The notes under the pieces: model-generated
What the model was told of the DNA's origin: nothing
The model's input: the letters and a program-made list of their open reading frames with translations, nothing else
Databases searched by the model: none
Made by a program: the position numbers and the translations under genes
In this document: in pieces, positions 30,801 through 39,821 of the stretch
How the letters are laid out: every line of letters begins with the position of its first letter
Numbering within the stretch: position 1 is the first letter of the stretch
Source: Escherichia coli
Lineage (GTDB): Bacteria; Pseudomonadota; Gammaproteobacteria; Enterobacterales; Enterobacteriaceae
NCBI RefSeq assembly: GCF_013122565.1
Contig: NZ_CP053258.1
Direction: 5' to 3' (one strand)
Length of the DNA: 64,000 nucleotides

Positions 30801-31659
30801 CGTTACTGTTTAACAGGTTACCTTTGGAATCGATGCTGACACCATTAACCCCCCCAGCAATAACGCCGAGGTTGCGAACCCCCACACCTTTCTCGGTGCT
30901 GACCAGACTGATTTTGTTCGCATACATTCCGCCCAGTTTGGCAACATCTACGCTGTAACCGTTACGGGACCCCGTGGCGGATACGCTACCGGTCACCTGG
31001 CCTGCGGCATTAACATAGTTATTGCCAGCAACAACGTTCAGCTCATCGGCAGACACTTTGCCGTTAACTACCACGTTACGGGACAGAATTTCTGTCGGGC
31101 TGGCGTTATCCAGTTTACCGAGCGTAATGGTACCGCCGTTCACGGAGTAACCGGCCAGCTTGTCATCCTGGATATCCGGCGTCCCGGTGGTTAAGGTAAG
31201 TTTACCTGTATTGATTGAACCGCCACCGTTTACAGTAATACCATTCGGGTTGGCAATAATCAGATCCGCTTTATCCCCTGCAACTTCCATCATCCCATTA
31301 ATGGTTGAAGGATTTTTGGAAGTAACCTCATTCAGGATCACCTTCGCCGACCCGGAGGTCAGATTACTGTTTCCCTGAATATTTCCGGCAAGTGAAGTAC
31401 TGGATTCATTAGCGCTGTTATTGAAAACGACACCATTTTTATCAACGTTTAGGTTATCCCAGATATTATGAGATAAACCGCTACCGTTAGGTTTGTTGAT
31501 GTCAACGACTGGCACACCATTGGCGTTATATACCGTTCCATTTTTTATGACTAATCCCGCCGCTTGAGAAGCTACAGGAAAAGACAACATCATAAGTATA
31601 GCAATAGGGGTTAATGCTTTACCCACCGTTGCTTCCTTACTTAAATTTATCATCGCCAC
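27847..31659 (-). CDS. TpsA exoprotein (filamentous haemagglutinin/haemolysin-like), 1270 aa, with internal tandem duplication
   Basis: N-terminal TPS domain with ANPNGI motif; Asn/Gly/Thr-rich beta-helix repeats; no recognisable C-terminal toxin domain. Confidence 0.85.
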   Translation of the reverse strand: MAMINLSKEATVGKALTPIAILMMLSFPVASQAAGLVIKNGTVYNANGVPVVDINKPNGSGLSHNIWDNLNVDKNGVVFNNSANESSTSLAGNIQGNSNLTSGSAKVILNEVTSKNPSTINGMMEVAGDKADLIIANPNGITVNGGGSINTGKLTLTTGTPDIQDDKLAGYSVNGGTITLGKLDNASPTEILSRNVVVNGKVSADELNVVAGNNYVNAAGQVTGSVSATGSRNGYSVDVAKLGGMYANKISLVSTEKGVGVRNLGVIAGGVNGVSIDSKGNLLNSNAQIQSASTINLTTNGTLDNTTGTVTSVGTISLNTNKNTIVNTRAGNISTMGDIYVNSGTIDNTNGKLAAAGMLAVDTNNATLINSGKGSSVGIEAGLVALKTGTLNNSNGQIRGGYVGLESGALNNNSGDIQTTGDIAIISNGNVDNNKGLIRSSTGHIVIGAAGSVNNGSTKTADTGSSDSLGIIADTGVEIGANNINNNGGQIASNGNVSLSSYSTIDDYAGKILSNSKVIIKGSSLRNDTGGISGKQGIEVAVGGSLTNNIGVISSEEGDISLLANSVDNHGGFMMGQNITMESMSGVNNNTALIVASKKLKINARGSIENRDGNNFGNAYGQYFGMPQQTGGMVGKEGIELSGQNIYNNNSRIIAEDGPLTLQAQNTFDNTRALVISGADASIQVGGTYYNNYATTWSAGNLDIDATTLQNSSSGTMIDNNATGFIASDKNLSLEVVNSLTNYGWISGKGDVDVTVKNGNLYNRNTIAAEKGLDIAALNGIENWKDISAGGDLTMNTNRHVTNNSNSNMVGQNIVINAVNDINNRGNIVSDVDLNVTTKGNLYNYLYMVGYGDVALTANSVANNNATIEATGDLIIDSKGNVGNNRGKLHALNGVLSVKGSNLNNDYGEIRGYDDVTLALTGNYDSFKGSLTSETGDVTLTANIVDNAYGLIAGENVSVDAKSTIYNNTALIAANKKLVINAGGNLENRDGNNFLRYNGEVFGITDNVGGIVGKEGVTLSAQNVYNNNSSIIAENGPLNLLSRGTLDNTRALLSSGADAIIRAAGMFYNNYATTYSAGNLDVYAASLSNASDGRLEDNTATGVIASDKNLDLNVDNSVTNYGWISGKGDVHFNVLKGTLYNRNAIAADNALTINALNGVENFKDIVAGTALTIDTQKYVTNNSNSNMLGQTIAINAVNDINNRGNIVGDYSLGVKTTGNIYNYLNMLSYGVAGVSANKVTNSGKDAVLGGFYGLALEANETDNTGTIVGM
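27972..30240. repeat. Two tandem ~1134-bp repeat units inside tpsA (approximate bounds)
   Basis: Antisense ORFs at 28061-28300 and 29138-29434 end in the same SPLPLIQP peptide 1134 bp apart; corresponding TpsA segments (~370 aa each) align with high identity. Confidence 0.7.
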
Positions 31660-31922
31660 TAACGTTTTCCTTATTGATGCTATTCATTTTGGACATGCAG
31701 ATCACTTTTGATGACTCACGGAATATCAGCAAAAATGATTGCGGCAAATCCTATCACCTGGCGCAATAAAAAATCACGAAAAATAAGCTGAAATAAGGAT
31801 TCAAAAAAACAACTAAGAGTTATTGTTTTTTCATCGAACGGCGAAGAACCTAACTTACTAAAACACAATAATTTAAAAGTCCCCCATCCTTGCTCCTTGG
31901 GTGATAAAAAATCCAATTTAGA

Positions 31923-31973
31923 GGATGTCTGAAATGATATGTAGTTTTCTGTACGACATCATTTCAGACATCC
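31923..31973. repeat. Perfect 16-bp inverted repeat ggatgtctgaaatgat / atcatttcagacatcc, 19-nt spacer
   Basis: Read directly; ~265-315 bp upstream of tpsA start within a 1.4-kb AT-rich intergenic region. Confidence 0.9.
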
Positions 31974-33051
31974 GAATAAAACAACAAAGTTGGTGAGTTA
32001 CAATTAATTTAAATCTTATTATTTGATTAACAAAGCATCATCATTACTGCATCTTATTCTCTATATCTTTTACGTCGGGGTAGATTCTTTATGGTCATTA
32101 CGGGCAGGCGACATTTCATTATATTACCATTTGCATTCACGCTTGTAACCCTTAAGAGTTATATAAAAAGGAAAGAGTTCTTGCTCATGGTATTACTGAG
32201 ATCGGATTAACCATGAGGTTAGCTATATAGAGAGCTTTGGCTTTGCGACAATTGGCTTAAGCAGCCACATTATGCCTGGCTTATCGTTGAAAGGGAGAAA
32301 GAAGAGCAAAACGGTTTGGCAAGCTTTCATTCCCATCTAATAGCAATCACCGCTATACATCATCCCTTAACGTATTCTGGTCTTCATAAAAATGTTATTC
32401 TAAATTAAAGATTGTAATGATTTTAATAATGTTGTTATTATTTTGCAACAAATCAATATAACACAATGATTATTCGCGATTTTTTATTAGTTAAGAGGAA
32501 TTGTTTTTACAGATTGCGCTACAATTCCGCTCATTTCTCACCACAGGAAAAGCTGAAGTAATCTTAAATGACTGTATTAACCCTTTTCTCCGCTGCCAGC
32601 ACTCTTAAATATCGTTGTTTTATTCTTATAAAAACGGCTTTTTTGACATAAAAAGTAATAGGTTCAGCCATTATGCAGAATTTACAACCTGAGAAAATCG
32701 CAAAAAACACTCTTATTCAGAATAAAACTCTGTTTATCATCTTTCGGTAAGCATTAAATTACTATATTACCGTTCAACATGAGTATGAATGAAAATTCAG
32801 TTGTTATACATGTGATGAATGTCATATATTGTGCTCATCGATTGCAGGACATCGCTATTCTTTTAGAGATACAGATATCACGCTGTTACTCTCTAATATA
32901 AAGAACACGCAAAGATTAGTTGTGTTACTGCAGTTGTTATGTCGCATATGGAATGCCCATTGTTACATCTTTAGTAAAAAGCTTTATTCACTTTCAAAAT
33001 TTTTACTCCATGAAGATAGGCTGTTTTGCTGCAAGCAATTGAGTTAGTGCA

Positions 33052-33675
33052 ATGAACAAGAACTTACTAACAAGGGTAATTATCATTTCGGATGATCTAT
33101 ATTACCTTCAGGGATTAAGTGCAAAACTAGGTCACCATTATCGTTTTTTTATTGAGTGTTTTTTTTGTTCTCAAAATGCATGCAATAATGACCTAAGTAC
33201 ACTTAGATTTGACAACCGCTTTACAAAAAACGTACTTCTTGTCGCAGTGGATGACGTAAGTATACTTGCAAAACTGCCAGATTTGGCCAGGTTTTTAATG
33301 ATTGTTTCACTAAGAAAGATGAAAAACAGAAATATCTTCTTTTCACTTTCAGAGCAAACATTCATTAGCCGATATATAAAATTGAATAAACTCATTACTT
33401 TGATTAAAAGTACTGATAAAGACCAGCAAGTCAGGCAGGTGACTCTGACAAGGTATGAGTGGGATATCTATTACTTATTTTTTAAGATAGATAACAAAAG
33501 AATATTGCACACCCTGCTAAAAAAGGATGTCAAGTATATTAGTCACTATAAAATATCAGTTTTTAATAAGTTTGAAATTGCTTGTGATAGTGATGGCTTT
33601 TACATTTTCAAGGCACTTATACAGTTAAGGAGATTTACCCGTTTTAAAAACGTCAGATTGTATCAATTGCATTAA
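33052..33675 (+). CDS. Putative transcriptional regulator (LuxR-type C-terminus, tentative), 207 aa
   Basis: AT-rich ORF directly upstream of fimbrial major subunit; weak LuxR-HTH-like C-terminal segment. Confidence 0.35.
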   Translation: MNKNLLTRVIIISDDLYYLQGLSAKLGHHYRFFIECFFCSQNACNNDLSTLRFDNRFTKNVLLVAVDDVSILAKLPDLARFLMIVSLRKMKNRNIFFSLSEQTFISRYIKLNKLITLIKSTDKDQQVRQVTLTRYEWDIYYLFFKIDNKRILHTLLKKDVKYISHYKISVFNKFEIACDSDGFYIFKALIQLRRFTRFKNVRLYQLH

Positions 33676-33717
33676 TTAACTCGTTCTATATTAACTCTAA
33701 ATTTCAAGGATATTAAT

Positions 33718-34278
33718 ATGTTTTCTACTTTCAAAAAAGCAGCTCTGCTGGCAGCTATTGCATTACCTTTTTCAACTATGGCTGCGCCTACAGTCACTTT
33801 TCAGGGTGAAGTAACCGATCAGACCTGTTCCGTAAATATCAACGGTCAAACCAATTCAGTAGTATTGATGCCGACCGTAGCCATGGCTGACTTCGGTGCA
33901 ACTTTAGCTGATGGTCAGAGCGCAGGCCTGACGCCGTTTACGGTTTCTGTGTCTAACTGCCAGGCTCCAACTGGTACAGATCAGGCAATCAACACCACCT
34001 TCCTGGGCTACGACGTTGACGCTAGCACGGGTGTTATGGGAAACCGTGATACCAGCAGCGATGCGGCGAAAGGCTTTGGCATTCAGTTAATGGATTCCAG
34101 CACTTCTGGTAACCCAATAACTCTGGCTGGCGCGACTAACGTACCGGGTCTGACCCTGAAAGTTGGCGATACCGAAGCCAGCTACGACTTCGGTGCGCGT
34201 TACTTCGTTATCGATAGCGCTGCTGCCACTGCCGGTAAAATTACCGCTGTCGCAGAATACACCCTGAGCTACCTCTAA
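33718..34278 (+). CDS. Fimbrial major subunit (FimA-like)
   Basis: Signal peptide, TVTFQGEVTDQTCSV N-terminal motif, ~19 kDa. Confidence 0.8.
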   Translation: MFSTFKKAALLAAIALPFSTMAAPTVTFQGEVTDQTCSVNINGQTNSVVLMPTVAMADFGATLADGQSAGLTPFTVSVSNCQAPTGTDQAINTTFLGYDVDASTGVMGNRDTSSDAAKGFGIQLMDSSTSGNPITLAGATNVPGLTLKVGDTEASYDFGARYFVIDSAAATAGKITAVAEYTLSYL

Positions 34279-34342
34279 TTAATCTACTGGCTGGCAGTAA
34301 ATGTCAGCCAGTATTTCTTTGCACAATTAATAGTGATTTTTC

Positions 34343-35065
34343 ATGGACATGGAAAAGATAAGAATGAACATTTTTGCATATTTACTGGTACTTGTATTTT
34401 CCATGAGCATGAGCAGCAGCGCGTTTGCCAGCGTGGTAATGACCGGAACCCGTATTATTTTCCCTGGTGACGCAAAGGAAAAAACCATCCAGTTGCGAAA
34501 TACCAGCGATCAGCCCTATATCATTAATATCCATGTTGAGGATGAACGTGGTTCTGACAAGAATATACCGTTTATGCCAACCCCGCAGACATTTCGCATG
34601 GAAGCTGCCGCAGGTCAGGCGTTACGCCTGCTCTACACTGGTGATAATTTACCGCAGGATCGCGAGTCTGTTTTCTGGTTTAGTTTCAGTCAACTACCTT
34701 ATCTGAATAAGAACGATAAAAGTCAGAACCAGCTCATCCTGGCCCTGACTAATCGAGTCAAAATTTTCTATCGTCCCAGCTCAATTGTCGGTAAATCCAG
34801 TGACGCGCCAAAAAACCTGACTTACCAAGTAAAACAGAACCGCATTGAAGTGACGAATCCCACGGGCTATTACGTCGTGATTCGCGCCGCTGAACTGCTT
34901 AATAACGGTAAAAAAGTCCCCCTCGCGAATTCCGTCATGATTGCTCCTCAAGGCAAAACTGAATGGACACTACGCACTGGCATCAGCGTCGCTCCCGGTG
35001 CGCAGATTCATTTAGTGACCGTCAATGACTATGGCGTAAATGTCACGTCTGAGCATGCCTTATAA
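34343..35065 (+). CDS. Periplasmic fimbrial chaperone (PapD-like)
   Basis: Signal peptide and typical chaperone N-domain pattern. Confidence 0.8.
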   Translation: MDMEKIRMNIFAYLLVLVFSMSMSSSAFASVVMTGTRIIFPGDAKEKTIQLRNTSDQPYIINIHVEDERGSDKNIPFMPTPQTFRMEAAAGQALRLLYTGDNLPQDRESVFWFSFSQLPYLNKNDKSQNQLILALTNRVKIFYRPSSIVGKSSDAPKNLTYQVKQNRIEVTNPTGYYVVIRAAELLNNGKKVPLANSVMIAPQGKTEWTLRTGISVAPGAQIHLVTVNDYGVNVTSEHAL

Positions 35066-35117
35066 GCTCTTTCCCCTTTTTTGAGCGGTATCCTTTTTCA
35101 CGCACGAGTATGTCGAG

Positions 35118-37640
35118 ATGAATAAATCCGTTGTGTCAATTTCTGCGGCAATATTGGTTTTACTCTGCCAGCCGGTTATGGGGAAAGAAATCTCACCCGC
35201 TACACCGTCAGATGAAGATAACTACACCTTTGACCCGCAACTCTTTCGCGGCAGCAGATTTAGTCAGTCGTCATTGGCAAAACTGACAACTCGTGAGTCT
35301 GTTGCACCGGGTAATTATAAAATGGATATCTACACCAATAATAAGTTGTCAGGCAGTTGGAATGTCACGTTCAAAGAAGCCGCTGATGGTCGCGTTCTGC
35401 CCTGCCTGACGCCTGAAGTCGCGGACGCGATAGGCCTCAAAACAGGGGAAGATAAGGGTGAAAAAGATCCGGTCTGTACCTTTGCTCAGGAACTCGCTCC
35501 CGGCATCACCAGCCAGACACAGTTGTCACAACTACGCCTTGACTTGTCGGTGCCTCAGAGTCAAATGATTAGTCGCCCTCGCGGCTATGTCCCCCCCAGC
35601 GAGCTGGATACCGGAGCATCGCTGGCGTTCATGAATTATATTGCCAACTATTACAACGTTGCCTATTCAGGGCAGAATGCTCATAGCCAGCGTTCGCTAT
35701 GGGCATCATTTAATGGTGGCATCAACCTTGGTGCCTGGCAATATCGTCAGTTATCCAACATGACCTGGGATAATGACAAAGGGAATCAGTGGAACAATAT
35801 TCGTAGCTATTTGCAACGCCCGCTGCCCGCCATAAATAGCCAGTTAATGATGGGGCAGCTTATCACCAGCGGAAGATTTTTCTCTGGACTCAGTTATCAC
35901 GGCGTTAGTCTCGCGACCGATGAACGTATGCTGCCGGACTCCATGCGCGGCTATGCGCCGACTATTCGCGGCGTGGCCGCAACAAACGCCAGAGTCTCGG
36001 TAATGCAAAACGGTCATGAAATATATCAGACCACCGTGGCTCCTGGCCCTTTCGAGATAAACGACCTATACCCCACCAGCTACAGCGGCGATCTGGATGT
36101 CACCGTTACGGAAGCTAACGGCGCAGTCAGTCGTTTCAGTGTCCCCTTTTCAGCCGTACCAGAATCGATGCGTCCAGGAACTTCCCGTTATAACGTGGAA
36201 GTAGGTAAAACGCAGGATAGTGGTGATGACTCGATGTTTGGTGACCTTACCTGGCAGCACGGGATGACTAATACGCTGACATTTAACAGTGGTTCGCGTA
36301 TCGCTGATGGCTACCAGGCGCTGATGCTGGGCGGAGTCTATGGCAGTTCGCTGGGGGCATTTGGGGCAAACCTCACTTGGTCCCATGCGCGTGTTCCCGA
36401 AAGCGAAGCGCAGAGTGGTTGGATGTCGCAATTAACCTGGAGTAAAACTTTCCAGCCTACTTCAACCACCGTCTCCCTGGCAGGTTATCGATACTCTACC
36501 AGCGGCTATCGTGATCTGGCTGATGTGCTGGGAGAGCGTCATGCTGCCAGCAATAAACAGTCATGGGACTCCAGCCAGTGGCGTCAACAGTCGCGCTTCG
36601 ATCTTACGTTAAGTCAGAGCCTTGCGAATTACGGCAACCTGTTTGTGTCAGGTTCAACACAGAACTACCGTGGCGGCAAAAGCCGTGATACACAGCTTCA
36701 GTTAGGTTACAGCAATAGCTTTAGCCATGGCATCAGTATGAACCTTTCCGTCGGACGCCAAAGAATGGGCGGCTATAAAGACAATTCTGATGATATGCAG
36801 ACGGTAACATCCCTTTCATTCTCATTCCCACTTGGCGGCAATGGACCTCGTGTACCAAGTCTTAGCAACAGCTGGACCCATTCAACTGACGGTAGCTCGC
36901 AATTACAAAGCTCGCTAACCGGAATGCTTGATGAAGCACAGACCACCAACTACAGCCTGAACGTCATGCGCGATCAACAATATAAGCAGACGACGCTTAG
37001 CGGAAACATGCAAAAACGTTTTTCACAAACTACCGTCGGATTGAACGCATCGAAGGGCCAGGATTACTGGCAGGCTTCAGGTAACGTACAAGGCGCGATG
37101 GCTGTGCATGGTGGCGGCATTACTTTCGGACCTTATCTGGGTGAAACGTTCGCCCTGGTCGAAGCTAAAGGCGCAGAAGGTGCAAAAGTCTATAACTCCA
37201 GTCAGCTGGAAATTAATGACAGTGGCTATGCGCTTGTTCCGGCAGTAACGCCCTATCGATACAACCGTATATCTCTCGATCCACAAGGAATGGATGGCGA
37301 TGCCGAGTTGGTCGACAGTGAAAGACAGGTAGCACCGGTTGCAGGTGCGGCGGTGAAAGTAATTTTCCGTACCCGTCCTGGTAAAGCGTTGCTGATTAAA
37401 TCCCGCATGGCAGATGGTTCGGAACTGCCAATGGGAGCCGATGTGCTGGATGAGAATAATACAGTCGTCGGTATAGCCGGTCAGGGGGGGCAAATTTACC
37501 TCCGCACAGAACAGACAAAAGGCCACTTGTCAGTTCGCTGGGGTGAAGGTGCTAACGATAGCTGCCAATTGCCCTTTGATATCAGCGGGAAGGACAGCAA
37601 TAGCCCTATCATCCGCCTGAATGAAACCTGTCAGTCTTGA
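35118..37640 (+). CDS. Fimbrial usher, 840 aa
   Basis: Size, signal peptide, usher-typical composition. Confidence 0.85.
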   Translation: MNKSVVSISAAILVLLCQPVMGKEISPATPSDEDNYTFDPQLFRGSRFSQSSLAKLTTRESVAPGNYKMDIYTNNKLSGSWNVTFKEAADGRVLPCLTPEVADAIGLKTGEDKGEKDPVCTFAQELAPGITSQTQLSQLRLDLSVPQSQMISRPRGYVPPSELDTGASLAFMNYIANYYNVAYSGQNAHSQRSLWASFNGGINLGAWQYRQLSNMTWDNDKGNQWNNIRSYLQRPLPAINSQLMMGQLITSGRFFSGLSYHGVSLATDERMLPDSMRGYAPTIRGVAATNARVSVMQNGHEIYQTTVAPGPFEINDLYPTSYSGDLDVTVTEANGAVSRFSVPFSAVPESMRPGTSRYNVEVGKTQDSGDDSMFGDLTWQHGMTNTLTFNSGSRIADGYQALMLGGVYGSSLGAFGANLTWSHARVPESEAQSGWMSQLTWSKTFQPTSTTVSLAGYRYSTSGYRDLADVLGERHAASNKQSWDSSQWRQQSRFDLTLSQSLANYGNLFVSGSTQNYRGGKSRDTQLQLGYSNSFSHGISMNLSVGRQRMGGYKDNSDDMQTVTSLSFSFPLGGNGPRVPSLSNSWTHSTDGSSQLQSSLTGMLDEAQTTNYSLNVMRDQQYKQTTLSGNMQKRFSQTTVGLNASKGQDYWQASGNVQGAMAVHGGGITFGPYLGETFALVEAKGAEGAKVYNSSQLEINDSGYALVPAVTPYRYNRISLDPQGMDGDAELVDSERQVAPVAGAAVKVIFRTRPGKALLIKSRMADGSELPMGADVLDENNTVVGIAGQGGQIYLRTEQTKGHLSVRWGEGANDSCQLPFDISGKDSNSPIIRLNETCQS

Positions 37641-37655
37641 TACAGAGAAAACCCG

Positions 37656-38990
37656 ATGTCTAAATCGACTTTATTACACATTCTGATTAGCTCCATCATA
37701 TTGGTGGCACTAATACAATCATCCGCTTGGGCTAACTGTACAAACACACAGATAGGTCAAACTGAAGATGGTCGGACAGCGCTTATTGAGTTCGGAAAAA
37801 TTAATATGACCGACACCTATTTTGCGCCAGCAGGTTCACTCCTCGCGACAACGGTCGTACCTCCCACTAACTACACATCAGGTGGCGCGACAGGAAGCTC
37901 AGTATTGTGGGAATGTGATGCAACAGATTTGCCAAACATCTATTTTCTGGTCGCTACCAATGGCGACGACCGCGTGGGGGGCTTTTACGATGCAGGCGGG
38001 CCTGATGGTCTGAGTGATGTCTATGCCACCTGGTTCGCTTTTGTCGGTCTCAAGCAGACCATGGCGGGCGTGACGCTTGGTCGTTACTGGAAGAAAGTGC
38101 CCATCACCAGTTATGCCACTCAGGGAACTAAAATCCAGATTCGCTTACAGGATATCCCTCCTCTTCATGCTGAGCTTTATCGCATCAGTACGCTACCTGA
38201 TACATCAGCAACAACAAGTTGGTGCGGTAATAATAATACAGATGGTAGTGGAGTCGGATTCGCAAAACCTTCCGGTACAATCTATAACTGTGTTCAGCCC
38301 AATGCCTATATTCAGCTTTCCGGTACCAGCGGCATTTTATTTGGTCATGATGAGCCCGGCGAAGATAGTTCTGTTCATTGGGATTTCTGGGGTGCTGATA
38401 ATGGTTTTGGTTACGGAATGCGTTCGGCCAATCGACTCTACAACAATGCCACCTGCGTTGCCCGCAGCGCCACGCCGTTAGTATTGCTGCCGACAATTGC
38501 AGAAGCACAACTGAATGCGGGCATGGAAAGTACCGGTAATTTTAATGTCCGCGTCGAGTGTAGTAACTCGGTTCAATCAGGGATTAGCGATACTCAGACA
38601 GCATTAGGAATCCAGGTGTCTGAAGGTGCATATACAGCGGCGCAAAAACTGGGGATTATCAATAGCAACGGCGGCGTCAGCGCCCTGGTCTCTGATAATT
38701 ATGACGCAGCAGAGATGGCAAAGGGCGTTGGGATCTACATTTCTAACAGTGCTCACCCCGATACGGCGATGACGCTGGTTGGTCAACCGGGCATCGCGAA
38801 GTTAACCCCCGGAGGAAATGCAGCGGGGTGGTATCCTGTATTTGAAGGGGCAACATTAGAAGGTGCGACTCACCCCGGATACTCCAGCTATAGTTACTCT
38901 TTTATCGCCCGGTTGAAGAAACTGCCAAATCAGACAGTCAGTGCGGGAAAAGTGCGGGCAACGGCTTATATATTGGTGAAAATGCAATGA
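37656..38990 (+). CDS. Large fimbrial subunit / putative tip adhesin, 444 aa
   Basis: Signal peptide; position after usher; unusually long for a pilin. Confidence 0.5.
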   Translation: MSKSTLLHILISSIILVALIQSSAWANCTNTQIGQTEDGRTALIEFGKINMTDTYFAPAGSLLATTVVPPTNYTSGGATGSSVLWECDATDLPNIYFLVATNGDDRVGGFYDAGGPDGLSDVYATWFAFVGLKQTMAGVTLGRYWKKVPITSYATQGTKIQIRLQDIPPLHAELYRISTLPDTSATTSWCGNNNTDGSGVGFAKPSGTIYNCVQPNAYIQLSGTSGILFGHDEPGEDSSVHWDFWGADNGFGYGMRSANRLYNNATCVARSATPLVLLPTIAEAQLNAGMESTGNFNVRVECSNSVQSGISDTQTALGIQVSEGAYTAAQKLGIINSNGGVSALVSDNYDAAEMAKGVGIYISNSAHPDTAMTLVGQPGIAKLTPGGNAAGWYPVFEGATLEGATHPGYSSYSYSFIARLKKLPNQTVSAGKVRATAYILVKMQ

Positions 38991-39676
38991 AATCCGTTTT
39001 GCTCCTCTTAACCGTCTTGTTCGTACAGTCAGTGGAAGCCGGCATCATGCCGGCTTCTTCACGGATTATTTATCGCGATGGCGATCGGGAAAAGACACTG
39101 ATGCTGGTCAATACCAATGACTATCCGGTACTGGTGCAAAGTTGGGTAGATAATGGTGAAGGTTCCCCAGAATCTGCTTCTCCCCCCTTTGTGGTGCTGC
39201 CACCGGTTTTCCGCCTGGCTGCGAGACGAACCCAGGGGTTGCGGATTATCTATAATCATGACCCACTTCCCCAGGATCGCGAATCTGCATTCTGGTTAAA
39301 TCTTTATGAAATGCCGCCAGAAACTCCCCATCAAGATCCCACACATTTAACGCTGGCAATGAATACGCAACTTAAAATCTTTTACAGGCCAAAATCTGTA
39401 ACTATGACGCCCCAAGAAGCTATGCGTAAAATAAGTTGGCATCTGGGTAACGACGGCAGCAGTAGCTATATTGAGCTTAATAACCCAACACCACTGAATA
39501 TCTCTTTCACCTCCATCAGCATTGGGGCTACAAAGGTGCAGCAAGAAAGCGATATGATGATAAAACCCTTCAGTCAACGACGGTACTGGTTAGCAAGTAA
39601 TAACGTTAGTGGTGTGGTTGCGGCGACATATCTCGATGATAATGGTGCACAGATAAAACAACAATTAGCGCAATAA
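38987..39676 (+). CDS. Second PapD-like fimbrial chaperone
   Basis: Signal peptide, chaperone-like motifs, 4-bp overlap with preceding gene. Confidence 0.7.
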   Translation: MKSVLLLLTVLFVQSVEAGIMPASSRIIYRDGDREKTLMLVNTNDYPVLVQSWVDNGEGSPESASPPFVVLPPVFRLAARRTQGLRIIYNHDPLPQDRESAFWLNLYEMPPETPHQDPTHLTLAMNTQLKIFYRPKSVTMTPQEAMRKISWHLGNDGSSSYIELNNPTPLNISFTSISIGATKVQQESDMMIKPFSQRRYWLASNNVSGVVAATYLDDNGAQIKQQLAQ

Positions 39677-39821
39677 TGCTCTGAGTGGTATGTAAACTCA
39701 TCGCGATGGTTCAACGCTAACGAATAACCACTATACCCACCTGAAGTACCGGAAGTGGAGAAATGACAACATCTCTCCACTCCATTTTCCAGTCAAAACA
39801 CCTCAACGCAGCCAAAAATCG

